Positions 27,231-41,507 of a DNA stretch of 64,000 nucleotides are shown piece after piece. The notes under the pieces were generated by a model. The model did not search any database and had not been told where the DNA came from. It was given only the letters and a program-made list of their open reading frames with translations. The position numbers were made by a program, and so were the translations under genes. Position 1 is the first letter of the stretch; every line of letters starts with the position of its first letter. Source of the stretch: the human T2T-CHM13v2.0 reference genome, Homo sapiens; the NCBI RefSeq assembly GCF_009914755.1, contig NC_060933.1. One strand, written 5' to 3'.

Positions 27231-28256
27231 CCTTTATGATTTTTTATGTTCAACCCAGAAAAATTAAATTCAGAAATCAGATGTTGAAGGGTCATGTTTC
27301 GTCTTCTGTGCTGAAGTGTTAGAAAAAAGCACTAGAGAGAAGAGCCAGGGCAGAGAATAGGGCCATAATTGATATTATACCAATATCCACAGAAGCATCT
27401 AGAGGATTCCCTGGTTCACAGATCTAGTTCTTCAGCTCTCTGATAATTGAATGTTGATGAGCTGAGGCTAGAGAGAGTCTGTGATGGAAAGAGGGGTTTA
27501 TGAGGCTTGACAAATCCAATTCTATTGTCTCTGAGCCACTGATTCAGCATCAGTTCCTATACCACTTCAGGAATGGGATGGCCTTGCACAGAAACAGAAG
27601 TCATCCTGCATAAGAAAATGGCATGCTTGTCTAAGAGAAAGCTCAAGGTTGGAAAAGGCCTAGTTAGAGGTTGAGATCCCTGAGACAGACTGCCAGAAAT
27701 ATCACTAGTGCCAAAACTCATTTACATAGCTTTGGGCTGGGATTGGATTCATCATTTAACAATGGCTGACAAAAGATTGTCTTCATCTCTGATATCTTGC
27801 CCCAGGAGAAGAGACAGAGTGACTCTATTAAACATCCCTTCATCCCATTCTCCATCAAGAATGGATGGTGATATATGAGTAAGAACCTTTCAAAGAATTA
27901 CAAGGACTTACTAGAAAAAAATGTGCAAAGTCCCAGTTTAAACCAAGGATATTCTTTCCAAAAGGTACATTGGCAAACTAAAGTAATTATTAAGATAAAA
28001 AAAAGCCAGGCACCAGGAAGTTCACCTAATAACAAAATCTTAGTCACTGAAGAGGCAGAGGGATTCTAAATAAAACATGGTGTCCCTTCTAAATGCATTT
28101 TCTAGCTCAGTTCCTATTATATAGATACCTAAATCCCATAAGAGAGCAATAAATAAAAACTGAAAGAGATCATTTTAAAAATCCCTATTACAGATTAGGG
28201 CACATTTTGTATTCCTTTATGGATCCAAATATGTAATTTTAAGAAAAAAAAAGTTA

Positions 28257-28628
<372 letters not shown>

Positions 28629-28705
28629 CTATAATAATATATGGTATATAATATATAGAATGATAAACTGTATTATAGTTTAATAATTTTTTGTTTATTA
28701 TATTA

Positions 28706-29065
<360 letters not shown>

Positions 29066-30208
29066 TCATTGGCGTATAGGCAGACAAGAGGCAAGGAAAG
29101 ATGATGAATGTCATGTGACAACATGCTAGACATGATGATAAGAGCACCTGATTCATATCCAGGTGGCTGCAGAAATAATTATGGAAAAAAGAGAAGGTGG
29201 ATTCTTCACTAGCAGATAGAGCATTAACCAGTGAAATAAAAGCTATTACTTATTACGATACTACCAGGATATAGTAGGGAAATGCATTTACATGTGTATA
29301 GTTATTTATAACTAAAATCTGTAACAATATTTCAAATATACAGCTTATATGATGAAATAATATTTAAAGAGCTTAGGAAAAGGTAGATTGTAAGGAAAAA
29401 AAGAATACTAACCTGTATATACAATATGGTCCAAATAGTTGTTAAAGAAATATATAGATAGCGATATAGAAAAGATATAAAAATATTAATGCTACCATGT
29501 TATCATAGCAAAATTATGTTGTTTGCTGTTGTGATTGTTACACTTTTTAAATAACAAAAATAATGACACTAAAAGGCAGAATATAAAAAGCTGAATTAAA
29601 CAGATTAAACAGACAATTGTAAACAGTGCTGTGATTAATATTCTTACACATACTTTTTGCTTACTGGTCTCATTATTATTTTATGTAAAATAATATAAGA
29701 TTAAAGCCAAAAGGAGCCATAAAAACTACATAATCTGAACTTTAAAAACATACTTGAATGCTACTTTGAAAACTGTTAATAAAGCTTATCTGGATGAAAG
29801 TATACAGGTAATTTTTATTGTTTTTAATAAAAGTTTTTTCATTTTCTTCTACCTCCTTTTCCTTCTCCTTCTCTTACTCCTCCTCTCTTCTTCTTCTTCC
29901 AATTAATCAGGCAAATAAGTGCTCTAAATCTGTTTAAATATATCTATGTTTTTACTTCACACATATTCTTCTGCCTTGTATTTTTTGTGATGTTGTAGAA
30001 AGCAACAATACCATAGTTTTGAAAGCATATTTGAGTCTCATCCAATCCATGGAGGTGACCACTCTTCCCACGTCACATAATACTCCTGGGAAGATCTGAT
30101 ATGCAGAAAATAATGAGCTGTGCCCTAAATTGACATTAGAACATAAGCTCTGTGAAGGCAGAGATCTTCGCTCAATCCCCTAAGTTGATGGGATGTAATA
30201 GCTGCCTA

Positions 30209-30591
<383 letters not shown>

Positions 30592-30939
30592 TTATACTTT
30601 TTAAATAATCAAGAGAAAACTTACTCATGTATTTTCCATCCATTGATCCAAATTTAGGATTTTTAAAACACTTACCAGGTCATTTTGATGCCTATCAAAA
30701 TCCAATGAACCCCACCCCACAGTTCTTGCCACCTCCATGCCCCAGGGGACAGGGAAAAGTTTCTGGGTTCCAAAAGAGTCCAGCCCACTTTTATTTTCTC
30801 TCCAAATCCTGTGTGATGGAGAATGGGCAATTTGTTTTCCAAACGTTTGTTAGTAAAGTATTTCTGCAGATCGAGTGTTGATTTTGTGTGCCATTATTCA
30901 CTCACAGTACAACTCATATTGACTTGAAGTCTTTTTTAT

Positions 30940-31700
30940 TGCTTTCTTAATATTGTTCATATCCATTTCCACCTCTTCCATTGCCACTTGCCAAAATTAC
31001 CATATTTTCCCATCCTCAATTGCATTACCCTACCTTTAATCATACTCCATAATGTAATCAGAATGGCAGAAGTGGCTTTCAACTATGCAAATCTGATCTT
31101 TTCACTTTGGTCCTTGAAATCATTTAGTCTTTTTTGCTTACAAGAGAAAATTAAAATTTTTTATTTTACCAAATAAGGCTTTCATAATCTGACCCTTTCC
31201 ACTTTTTGCACTCTTCTCACATGACTCTTACACTGGTTATATTTAATTACTATATCTATTTGAAATCAATTAAATATATGTATAAATATTTAAACTGATA
31301 TATTTAATTACTTCTTGTTATCCCAGCTGTTTCATGCCCTTGAACCTTTTAACTTCATTCTTTATGACCGAAACATGCTCTCATAGACACCCTCAAGTTA
31401 ACCTTTTTATATAATCATTTTTTTCAAGATTTGGCTTAAGCATCATTTCCTCTGAGAAGTTGCCCTTTTCGAGCTGGGTTAAAGCTCTCATCTCTACCTT
31501 CATTCTTTCATAATACCCTGTGCATGCATCTATCTTAATGCCTTCTATTTCATTTTTCTGGTTGCTTGCGTGTCTCTACAATTAGAATGTGAGTAAATTG
31601 GAGATATTTTCAATTGTTTGATTCATTCTTGTATTGCCAACAGGAACTGCAGTTGATTATACTTACTGAGGTATTTGAAGATCATTTATTAAATAAATGC
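30940..31700 (+). mobile_element. L2 fragments
   Basis: ATGCAAATCTGATC, AAGGCTTTCATAATCTGACC, CATCATTTCCTCTGAGAAG, TTAGAATGTGAG. Confidence 0.5.
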
Positions 31701-32612
31701 ACACATAACCAACAAAAAATCTTCCAAAAATACCTTGCTGATAAATGTTTTAATAAAATTTCCTCTTTCTGTGAGTGTTTATGGTAGAATAACAAACCAA
31801 TGTGGTGCTTTTCTTTCTTAGAATCCAAAGCCTTTTCCCTATAGGCTGAGATATGGCATGGCAAAAACTATAGAGTAGCAATTCTTAGACCTTGGTTTAC
31901 ATCAGAATTGCTACCTTCCCCCTCAGAAAATCTCAGTGATCAGGGTTAGTGTCTGACTTGGGAATATGCATTTTAACATATGATTCTGATGCACACAGAC
32001 ATCTGAAAACCAGAACTATAGAGAGTACCTTGCATATTTTCTATGTGTTTTACCATGTTCGAAAAGCCTTAAATAGGCATTAACATGCGGCTCTGTTTTA
32101 ACTAAGATATTTTATTTCATCCTCTGGGACTATTATCTTGTCTACTCTGAAGTCAATAATTTCTTGTTTTGATGCTCTAGCAAAAATGCACCCCTCCCAA
32201 CACATCACTCCATAAATTTAAATTATACCATAGATACTAAGTCTTGGAAGCTTTCGATGTCTTATTTTAGATTGAGTCACCCCCTCCAGTGCCATCAACT
32301 ATGGATCAAAATATCTCTCAGGTGACCCCCTGGGACTCTGCTAACTTATAGAAGCAACTGCACATGGAGTTCCTCAAGAAGATTTCAAAATAACCTGAGC
32401 TCTTAAGGTGTCTAAATTAAAGGGAACCTATGATTTTTGGAGCTCTTTCTCTCAAACATACAGTATCTTGTATGGCATGTTTTGCCCCCAAGCAAGATCT
32501 TCATTAATTTATAAAATTCACACAATATGATACAAAGGAATATTTGGTCTGATACAATAACATAATGCCCTCAGGGAAAGTACTTTTAGAAATAAAAATT
32601 AATGATATTCTA

Positions 32613-33023
<411 letters not shown>

Positions 33024-33601
33024 TTATTATTCTTATTATAGTCCTTCAGAGTACTTATAAATCAATTATGCAGAAAAGTAGCTCTTGTTTTCACTCAAAA
33101 GCCTTAATGCCTTTCCTTTACCATAGGAGAAAAGATGGCAAGAAATGAGCAGTTAACTATTCTCATTGCCAAAGGAACATTTAGATGAGATCTATATTTT
33201 GCTATGAATTTGTGTATTGTGGACTTGTGAATATACAAATGGCAAGTGTCAGTACCACTCTTCAAAATGGTATAGAAGACTTATTAAAGTCAATAGTTCA
33301 TATTTGCATTAACAAGGACTTTGACTTGAAGTCCATATGCTGCTTCATAAGAGGAAAGGGAAACGTAACTTGATTTGGACAGACTAAGCAGAGAGTCTGC
33401 TTTCTGATGATTCCTTGTGTTCTAAATGGGAAAAGATCTGTGTCATCTCCTTAGGGTATGAACCCCTGATGCCAGATACAGTGCCCCAGCCCATTGTTTT
33501 CTAAACTTAGATACAGGAATGCTAAGCACCAAGGATTCACTCCAATCTTAAGCACCAGGAAGGCTGTCCTTTAAAAGTTGCCTAGGCAATACAAATTTTA
33601 G

Positions 33602-33830
33602 TAATAATAGCATTACTTAATGTTCATGAATTTAGCATTGTGCTAGGTGTGTTATTTTGTACAAACTAAGTTAATCTGTACTGTATGAAGTAAGCATTTT
33701 ATTATTCTCACTTTATAAGTAGAAAATGAATATGCAGAGAACCTAAGTGACTTGCCTAAAGTTGGAAAACAGAAGCCAAGACTTAATCTTGATCTATCTA
33801 ACTCCACCTCCTGAACTCCTAGCCCTGTGA
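33602..33830 (-). mobile_element. MIR
   Basis: TAAGTGACTTGCCTAAAGT and the antisense MIR 3' tail. Confidence 0.6.
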
Positions 33831-36469
33831 TGAATTCCAGCATTGCTCTAGAACAGCCAGCCCTTAACTGCAGACAGCAAACCTGTATTTAGAATAAGAG
33901 AGCTTAGCCATTGTCCTTGGTATGCATCTCATTTTAAAATTATTTTTTCATTTTGAATTTAGTCTATGTCTCTTGCTAATTTTGGTATGTAAAAAAAAAT
34001 TTCTGCCTCCTAGCTCTGAAATTTCTCATGTTCTTACGTCCATGGAAAGTTTTGAAAATTATCCATTTTCTCATTAAGTGGCTATCTTTTCTTCTCAGAT
34101 AGCTTTAGTAGTCTATTTTTTTACATAAATGAACCACTGAAGGAAAGCAGTAGGAACTGTTCTGTAAATGTAATGCAAAAATATGTGCAAAAGGTAAATG
34201 ATGGTGCCTAGTGCATAGAGAGCAGTCTGTAAGTTCTACTGGCTACACCATTCCTTTCCTCCAAGACTGGTCCAGAAAGGCCTTAGGCTCTCTGACCATA
34301 TGGAATGTCTTGCTTGAGTTATATCTGAGCAATAAAGACAGAGACATTGAGATTCTTCCTGCCAATTTTATGAAGAAGCAGAAAATTATGCCCTTAGTGT
34401 GTGCCAGAAAACTCAGAAATTGTCCTCTTGACATTACCTAAACAATCACACCACCCTTTTCTCTGCTAACGTTACTTTGCAATAAAACTGTAAATAAAAA
34501 GGTCAAAATCTTGAAAACTGGGCATTTTGCTTTCTAAAATTCAGGACCATGTAGACAAATAACGTTTATATTCAGAAGGAATTCTAGCATTCTGGTACTC
34601 TCCATTTAAATAAATTAACTCATATATGGAATGGCATCCGGGTGTAAATCAAAAAAGTTGTGAAGATCAGGAAATATAATCTTATATTTTTATTGGCCAC
34701 TTATAAATTATTCTATAGTTCTTTTTGAGAAAAAATACATATAGTTTATTTGGAATATGATTCAAATTTCCAAGGAATTCTGTGTGATACACATAGTTTC
34801 TATTTTATCTCTTTCTCTCTTTTTTTTTTTTCACACCTCGGCTGGCAGAAAAATTCCCTATTTTAAAATAAGAAACTAAGGCCTTGAGAAGTTCATCACT
34901 TTGTTGAAGGACACACAGCTAATACTGCAATGATGTATGCTTCTCTGCCTGGGTCTCCTAGACAACCAGCAGTCAGACAAACTACGCTAGGCTCCCAATA
35001 AAAGGAGCTCACTCCGGCTCAGCATCCTAGGTGTCTAGGGCTTGCTTCCCCAGAGAACTGCAATACTGCACAGGACCCAATGCCTAGTGTCTGATGAGAA
35101 GTCCCCAAGAGGGAGAGAGGACACAGGGGAACAACCAGACTAGAATGATTTCCTCTGTGTCATGTTCCTCCAGTGCCACTACCTCTAACCCTGATTCTCC
35201 TTCTCTTCAGGCCTATTTCTGTCTCCTAACAGCTTCCAGAAATATGCTTTAAATTAATTCACCCAGTTATTTTTAATGGAGTTGAAGTTATTTTCAAAAA
35301 ATTAAATGCCATCATATTGGCAACAATTCACAAAGCAAAGGAATTTGATCTGTGAAACATCATGGTACAATCACTGTACGTCCAAGCTTGTAATGCTCTA
35401 TAAATTCATATGCACAATTCCATCTGGACAGGAAACTATGAGCCAAACATGGTCAGATTTACACATCCTTTTTGGAACTAGTGCTGAAAGTGTAATTTTA
35501 AACATTTAAACCCAGCATTACTTTTTAAAACTTAAAGTATGCAAGTGCAATTGAAGTGCACTAATGATTTTTAGTGTAGCTTTAACCTGCACTAATCAGA
35601 ATTGCTCTCGTCGTTTGCAGATGGACTTTATTGAAATGGCTTTGCAGGATTTTGCTTACCCATTATGGCAGTTGGAAGCAGCATAATTTATTTGCGTTGC
35701 ATCCTTCATGCAAACGGTATCCATTCCCCAAATGTTCTCTTGAATTAAATAAGGCAAGAGTGTAGAGAGAATAAATTAAAGAAAATCATAGCATGCAAAT
35801 ATTGTAGAAGGAATTAATTAAACCCTGCATGGCATTGAGCCAGAAAAAAAGAGAGAGAAACTAATAAGTATATTCAAGAACAGGAAAAAAAAAACTTTAG
35901 ATGATATTTGGGGAAAATGGAATGTTGAAAATGATAGTGAATAGTTGAAACTGGCCTTATTATGAAGGAAAAAAATAGGCTATTTTACTAAAAAGAGATT
36001 AAACAGAATTCAGAGTTAAATGTGACTTCAATGTTAGATAAGTCTATAGCTAAATATAGAACAGGATGCTCTTTTAAGAAATGATCACAAATTTCATTCA
36101 GCTAAGATGTAGTTGTAGCATATTATGATGGGAAATAATTCAATGACATAGATTTTTTAGGTTGTCCGTGATATATTCAACTTCACTTTGGAAGTGAAAT
36201 CACAATAATGACATGAAAAAGAATACACAGCACCTACCTGATGAATTCCGCCTAAACATTTCTGAGTAGTCAAAACAGTCATGTATTCTTCTAAAATAAT
36301 GCCACTATTTCTGCTACTAAGATAATGAAGAAGTTGCATGTATGGGATTATTAGATCTTCAGATTAACTGTGGGTCTGAGATAATCCCTAGTATATTAAG
36401 CCTAGGTAAAAATTTCTTTAACTTGTCAAATACTGAATAAACTCATGAGATGGTGGTGGAGGTGTTAAA

Positions 36470-36780
36470 ATACATATGTGATAAGAGGTACAAGAGAATT
36501 TTGCAAAGTTTTTAGAGAGCTAAGAGGAGGAATTCCTGAACTGGTCTGGGAGAAGCCAGGGAAGATTGCACAGTTGATATGACACTTGCATGGTGTCTTA
36601 AAAGATGACCAAAAATATAAAGTTGACAAGGACATTTTAGAACTAAGTAAGAACATGTGCAAAGACACAGAGGGATGGAGGTCTCTGTTCACCCACCTCC
36701 CAATAATCAGCAGTTCCTGAGCATGAAAAGAAGTGAGGAAAGAACAGGGAATGAAACTAGAGGGCACGGAGTGTTATGAT
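36470..36780 (-). mobile_element. L2 fragment
   Basis: GAACATGTGCAAAGACACAGAGG motif. Confidence 0.45.
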
Positions 36781-37689
36781 ATTATGTTGTGTGAATACAA
36801 TATTTTATATGAAATATTCAGTGTTTATATGCAAGAACTAATTCAAACTCTTAACAATTAGACTATTATATAAGCAAAAAACAAACATTTCTGAGGGAAA
36901 ATTCCAATTAAATAACCTGCCATTTTGTAATCTTTGCTCTAATATATACATATAAGAATAATACATACATTGACTTAATCATAACCCATGTTGTATCTAA
37001 TCTTCTAGAAGCTTACATAACTCTATATTAACTATCAATACATTGTCTTGTAGTTCCTTTTATCTTAAAGTGAGTTACATGAGAGCTCCAATTAATCAAT
37101 GTAACCATATCTTTTTAATTTTATCCTATAGGGCAAGAGACTGCATATTTATGTATGTAACAGAATCTTGCAGAATGTTAAAAACTTATATTCCTGGGCA
37201 TCATCTTCATACCAGTAATATCGGAATCCCAAGACCCAGGAATATGCTTTCTCAGCAAGCCCCCCAGACTTTTCAGACACAATGCTGCGATAACCACATA
37301 TCAACAATCTCTAACCTAAAGAATGTTCAGTGTGAATGAAAAGGTTTATCCTTTTTCCACTGCATACACTGAATAGGATCTGAAGTAGAGGATAATCAGA
37401 GTCAGAAAGCTGGGATAATCAGACTTTTAAATTAGACGCTACTTGATCATGGGGGAGCTAAGTCTGTCTCATTGATTCTTCTTCTTTAGACTGGCAGTCA
37501 AAACATGTTAGCAACAGAGAATCAAGCACTTCCGTATGTCAAACCTCATGATATGGCTCTGACATACATGCTACCTCTCTCAATCTTTAGCCAATGTGTT
37601 CACAATTACAAAAATAAAAATAAAAACCCACCACACTGAATTTCTCATCATTCTATGAACTTACAGAATTCTTTCATATGTCAATACTT

Positions 37690-38015
37690 TTGGAGAACCT
37701 GGGCCCACTGTCTGCAAAAGCCCTCCTTCCTGTTCAGTTCTTCACCTAGCAAACTCCCAGTCTGTCCTTTATAGACCTGAGCAAATGATACCTCCTCACT
37801 GGTAAAGCTCTCCCAGAAACCCAGGAGATTCAGTGCTCTCCCCTCTTCTTCCCACAGCAATTTGTTAATGTGGTTGTTAACATATTTCATTGAGATGATA
37901 TTTATCTTACCATCTCTTTTGTGAGATCTTGAGCTACTGAGAATATTCAGCCTAAATGGTAAATCTAGTAGCCCTTCACAGACAACAGACAATGAACTCA
38001 GTTTTAAGTATTTGT
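37690..38015 (+). mobile_element. L2 3' fragment
   Basis: CACCTAGCAAACTCC...ACCTCCTCACTGGTAAAGCTCTCCC...TGTGAGATCTTGAG. Confidence 0.5.
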
Positions 38016-38309
38016 GAAAAGATTGCCAAAGCAAAGGGCCCTAGAGCAATTAAGCCACAATCAACCCAGCCCAACCATGACTGAGTTAGTTAATAATCAA
38101 AAATCTTTTGGTTAAATTGAATTCTATTAAGAAATCCTAAACCAGCTCAATTACTAGATGCTACATTCTGTAGTCCATTGTCTTAACTGGTGAGATCTAT
38201 CCCACTGTAACATCAAGGTTGTTTGTAATGTATGAGTTTTTGCTACCAGAAAGTTATAGTACTAGTAAAGGACAAGATCTCCACTAAAGCTCATTTAGTA
38301 AATTAGAGA

Positions 38310-38560
38310 GAGACAGCAGGTCATACCATAAAGAGCCTGGATCCTAAAGTCAGATAAGCCTAGGCTCAAACTTTACGTATTCCACTGTGTGACTCTGAAC
38401 AGGTTATTTTATTATGAAAAGCCTCTATTACTTAATCTGTAAAATGGAAATTGTTTCACAGGGTGAAGAGCTAATTAGATAATTAAATATGTATTAAAGT
38501 ATCCAGCATATTGGCTAGCTCATAATAATCACTCATAAATTTTTTATTGCTGTTGTTATA
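38310..38560 (+). mobile_element. MIR
   Basis: AAAGAGCCTGGATCCTAAAGTCAGA...TGTGTGACTCTGAACAGG...ATCTGTAAAATGG. Confidence 0.7.
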
Positions 38561-38857
38561 CTGAACCGTTGCACCGGGCACAAGCCCTTTCCATTATAAA
38601 GCCTGGAAGAACTGAGGCATGAAGGTGGAATGTGATAGTTGATTGGGCCCAGGTTTACAAGGAGGGCAATAGCAGAAGGATTATATTGGCATGCTAGGAC
38701 ATGTAGTATCAAATTGTGTCTTGCAAACTACAAGATATATAAAGGGACTTGACCTCATCCATGTACTTATAAGTTGGTAGATTTGTTTTAAAGACTTTGA
38801 AAAGTCTGTTTTTGAGAAAATGTGGATGTTTAAAGTCACCTACTAATCAACGGATAG

Positions 38858-38950
38858 TGATACAGTTTGGATGTCTGTCCCCTCCAAATCTCATGTTGAA
38901 ATGTGATCCCCAGTGTTGAAGGTGGGAACTGGTGTCTGGGTCATGGGGGC
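38858..38950 (+). mobile_element. MST(B)-like MaLR LTR, 5' ~90 bp only
   Basis: TGATACAGTTTGGATGTCTGTCCCCTCCAAATCTCATGTTGAAATGTGATCCCCAGTGTTG matches the MST LTR start. Confidence 0.8.
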
Positions 38951-39196
38951 ATGGCGTGATCTCGGCTCACTGCAGCCTCTGCCTACCAGGTTCAAGCGTT
39001 TCTCATGCCTCAGCCCTCCCAAGTAGCTGGGATTACAGGCATCTGCCAACATGCCCAGCTAATTTTTGTATTTTTAGTAGAGATGGGGTTTCACCATGTC
39101 GACCAGACTGGTCTCCAACTCCTGACCTCAAGTGATCCACCCCTCCTTGGCCTCCCAACGTGCTGGGATTACAGGCGTAAGCCACCATACCTGGCC
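38951..39196 (-). mobile_element. Alu (AluS) lacking its 3' end and tail
   Basis: Antisense Alu begins abruptly at ATGGCGTGATCTCGGCTCACTGC; no poly-T and no TSD. Confidence 0.92.
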
Positions 39197-40769
39197 CCCT
39201 TAATTATTTTGGTCTCAGAAATTTAACTTATCAGTGTGGCAAGAGTTAACTGGCCTCTTAGGGGCTGGTTCATAACAACCAAATTCTCAAGAGATAAATG
39301 ATAAAGCAGACACTAACAGATTTATCAATTTACCATGGAAGAATAAACAGCAGATTTACTAATTTACCAAGGAATAAACACTTCCAACAAGCCCAGGACA
39401 CTCTTCTCCTGCCATTAGATACCAGATACTTAGGTAGTTTGGAAATGGATGTGTTGTCAAAAGTTTGTCAGTAACAAAAAATCAGAGAAAAGAAATAGGA
39501 TACTCTTGAGGAATATTTCAACAAAGATAAAGAAAAGCTAATGGTTTCTCCATGTCCCCTAATCCTGTTCATTTTCTAGTGGTCAGACTGTCTTTTAGAT
39601 AAAGTGTCTCTATGTGGTACAAAATTCCTCCTTTTCTAGACTCAAGCAGATAAGGCCACTCTTTTGTTAATGGGAGCATGCACCTTGCAGATAATTCAGT
39701 GACAATTTTCCCTTCTTATAGCCTGGCCACTTTAGTAAAGCTTGGACATTGTCCATAATTTAGTCATTTATCCTCGTACCAGTTTGTAAACTGTATGGTT
39801 ATGTCTGTACATGATTAAACTCTTGGATATTGTGTGCTGAGTCCTATGAGATACTCTCATGGAGAATGATTTTATCTACCTACAAGCATTGAAGACACTT
39901 TATCATGACTCCTACAGAAACGACAACACCAACTCTCACTGGTCCCATTAGGACACACAGGAAATTCTCTGCAAAAGGACTAGCAACTTTGACTCTTTGT
40001 AACATGACTTCATGATGGATGCTGCAGTCATTTCTCAAGGATACTTGTTAAGCATAGTCTTCGTTTTTGGTAGGTGATTTACAGAAATATTTAAATGTGT
40101 TTCAGCAAGTTAAACATGTCAGCACATGTCAAAACACTGAAGTTATAATGACAGTCTATGACCTTAGCACAAACATGATGTCAATATTGAGAGACCTCTT
40201 GTTATCATTAACATCCTCCTTGAACTGAGTCTCTTTGAAAGACTCTTTACCGAGCTCTTAAACAAATTAATTACTGCACATATTTCCTAATTGAAATATT
40301 CAGGGCATTAATTTTTTATGGAATTCAGGAATTCTAAAGGGTAGGAATAATTTGATCTTTCTCGGAGTGGGAAGAAGTTTGTTTCTAACAGGAGCTTAAT
40401 AAAAGAAACTCTGTCTCTATTAATCATAATTAATAGATAATCATATACAATATAATCTAAATCAACATAATAAGAAAAATTGTTGTTTTCAAATAATAAA
40501 GTTCAGAAAAATAAGTTGCATCATTAAGTCTGGATACTTGGTACAAAGTAGGAACTGAAGAAATGCTGAATGAAACCTTTACATCTGCCATAATTGTGTA
40601 AAGTTTTAATTATGAACAAATTTTCATTGATTTTTATTTGAGGCCATGTTTTGGACATTTCTCCTTCAGTTTTAAATGAATAAATGCTTACCAAGAACTG
40701 GCTAAGTGTGATTCAACTCCATGTGCTAGTCAGGCACACCATGTTAGGCACTACGGTGAGTTAATACTA

Positions 40770-41141
<372 letters not shown>

Positions 41142-41507
41142 CTATTTGTTTATCCTTAAAAATAATTACATTAATAATAAAAACATTTAGACTTGTAATC
41201 TTGTGACCTGCCTGCAAGTCATTTATCAAATAAATTGCTGATTCTTTAAATAGTTCTTAAGAGGACCTCCAATTTCAGAACTACTGGGTTAACTGTTTTC
41301 AATCTGTTCAATTATACAGTTTGATAACATGTATTTACAAAGCACCAGCAATGTGCTGAATCCTAGGAAAACAGTGTAAGTGAAAACAAATGAGATGCCA
41401 TCTTCCGTCTGTGTGACTCTGCAAAGGCACGGCTGATGTCTTATTTTAGTATGTTGCCTTTCATTTTTGGCCATGTCTTACTACAAGGGCTCCTATTGCT
41501 ATTTTTA

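Noticed and set aside
39315-39381. Short tandem duplications (also ~19978-20008, ~48433-48465, ~60852-60880)
   Set aside because: Ordinary 14-36 bp slippage duplications with no further structure.
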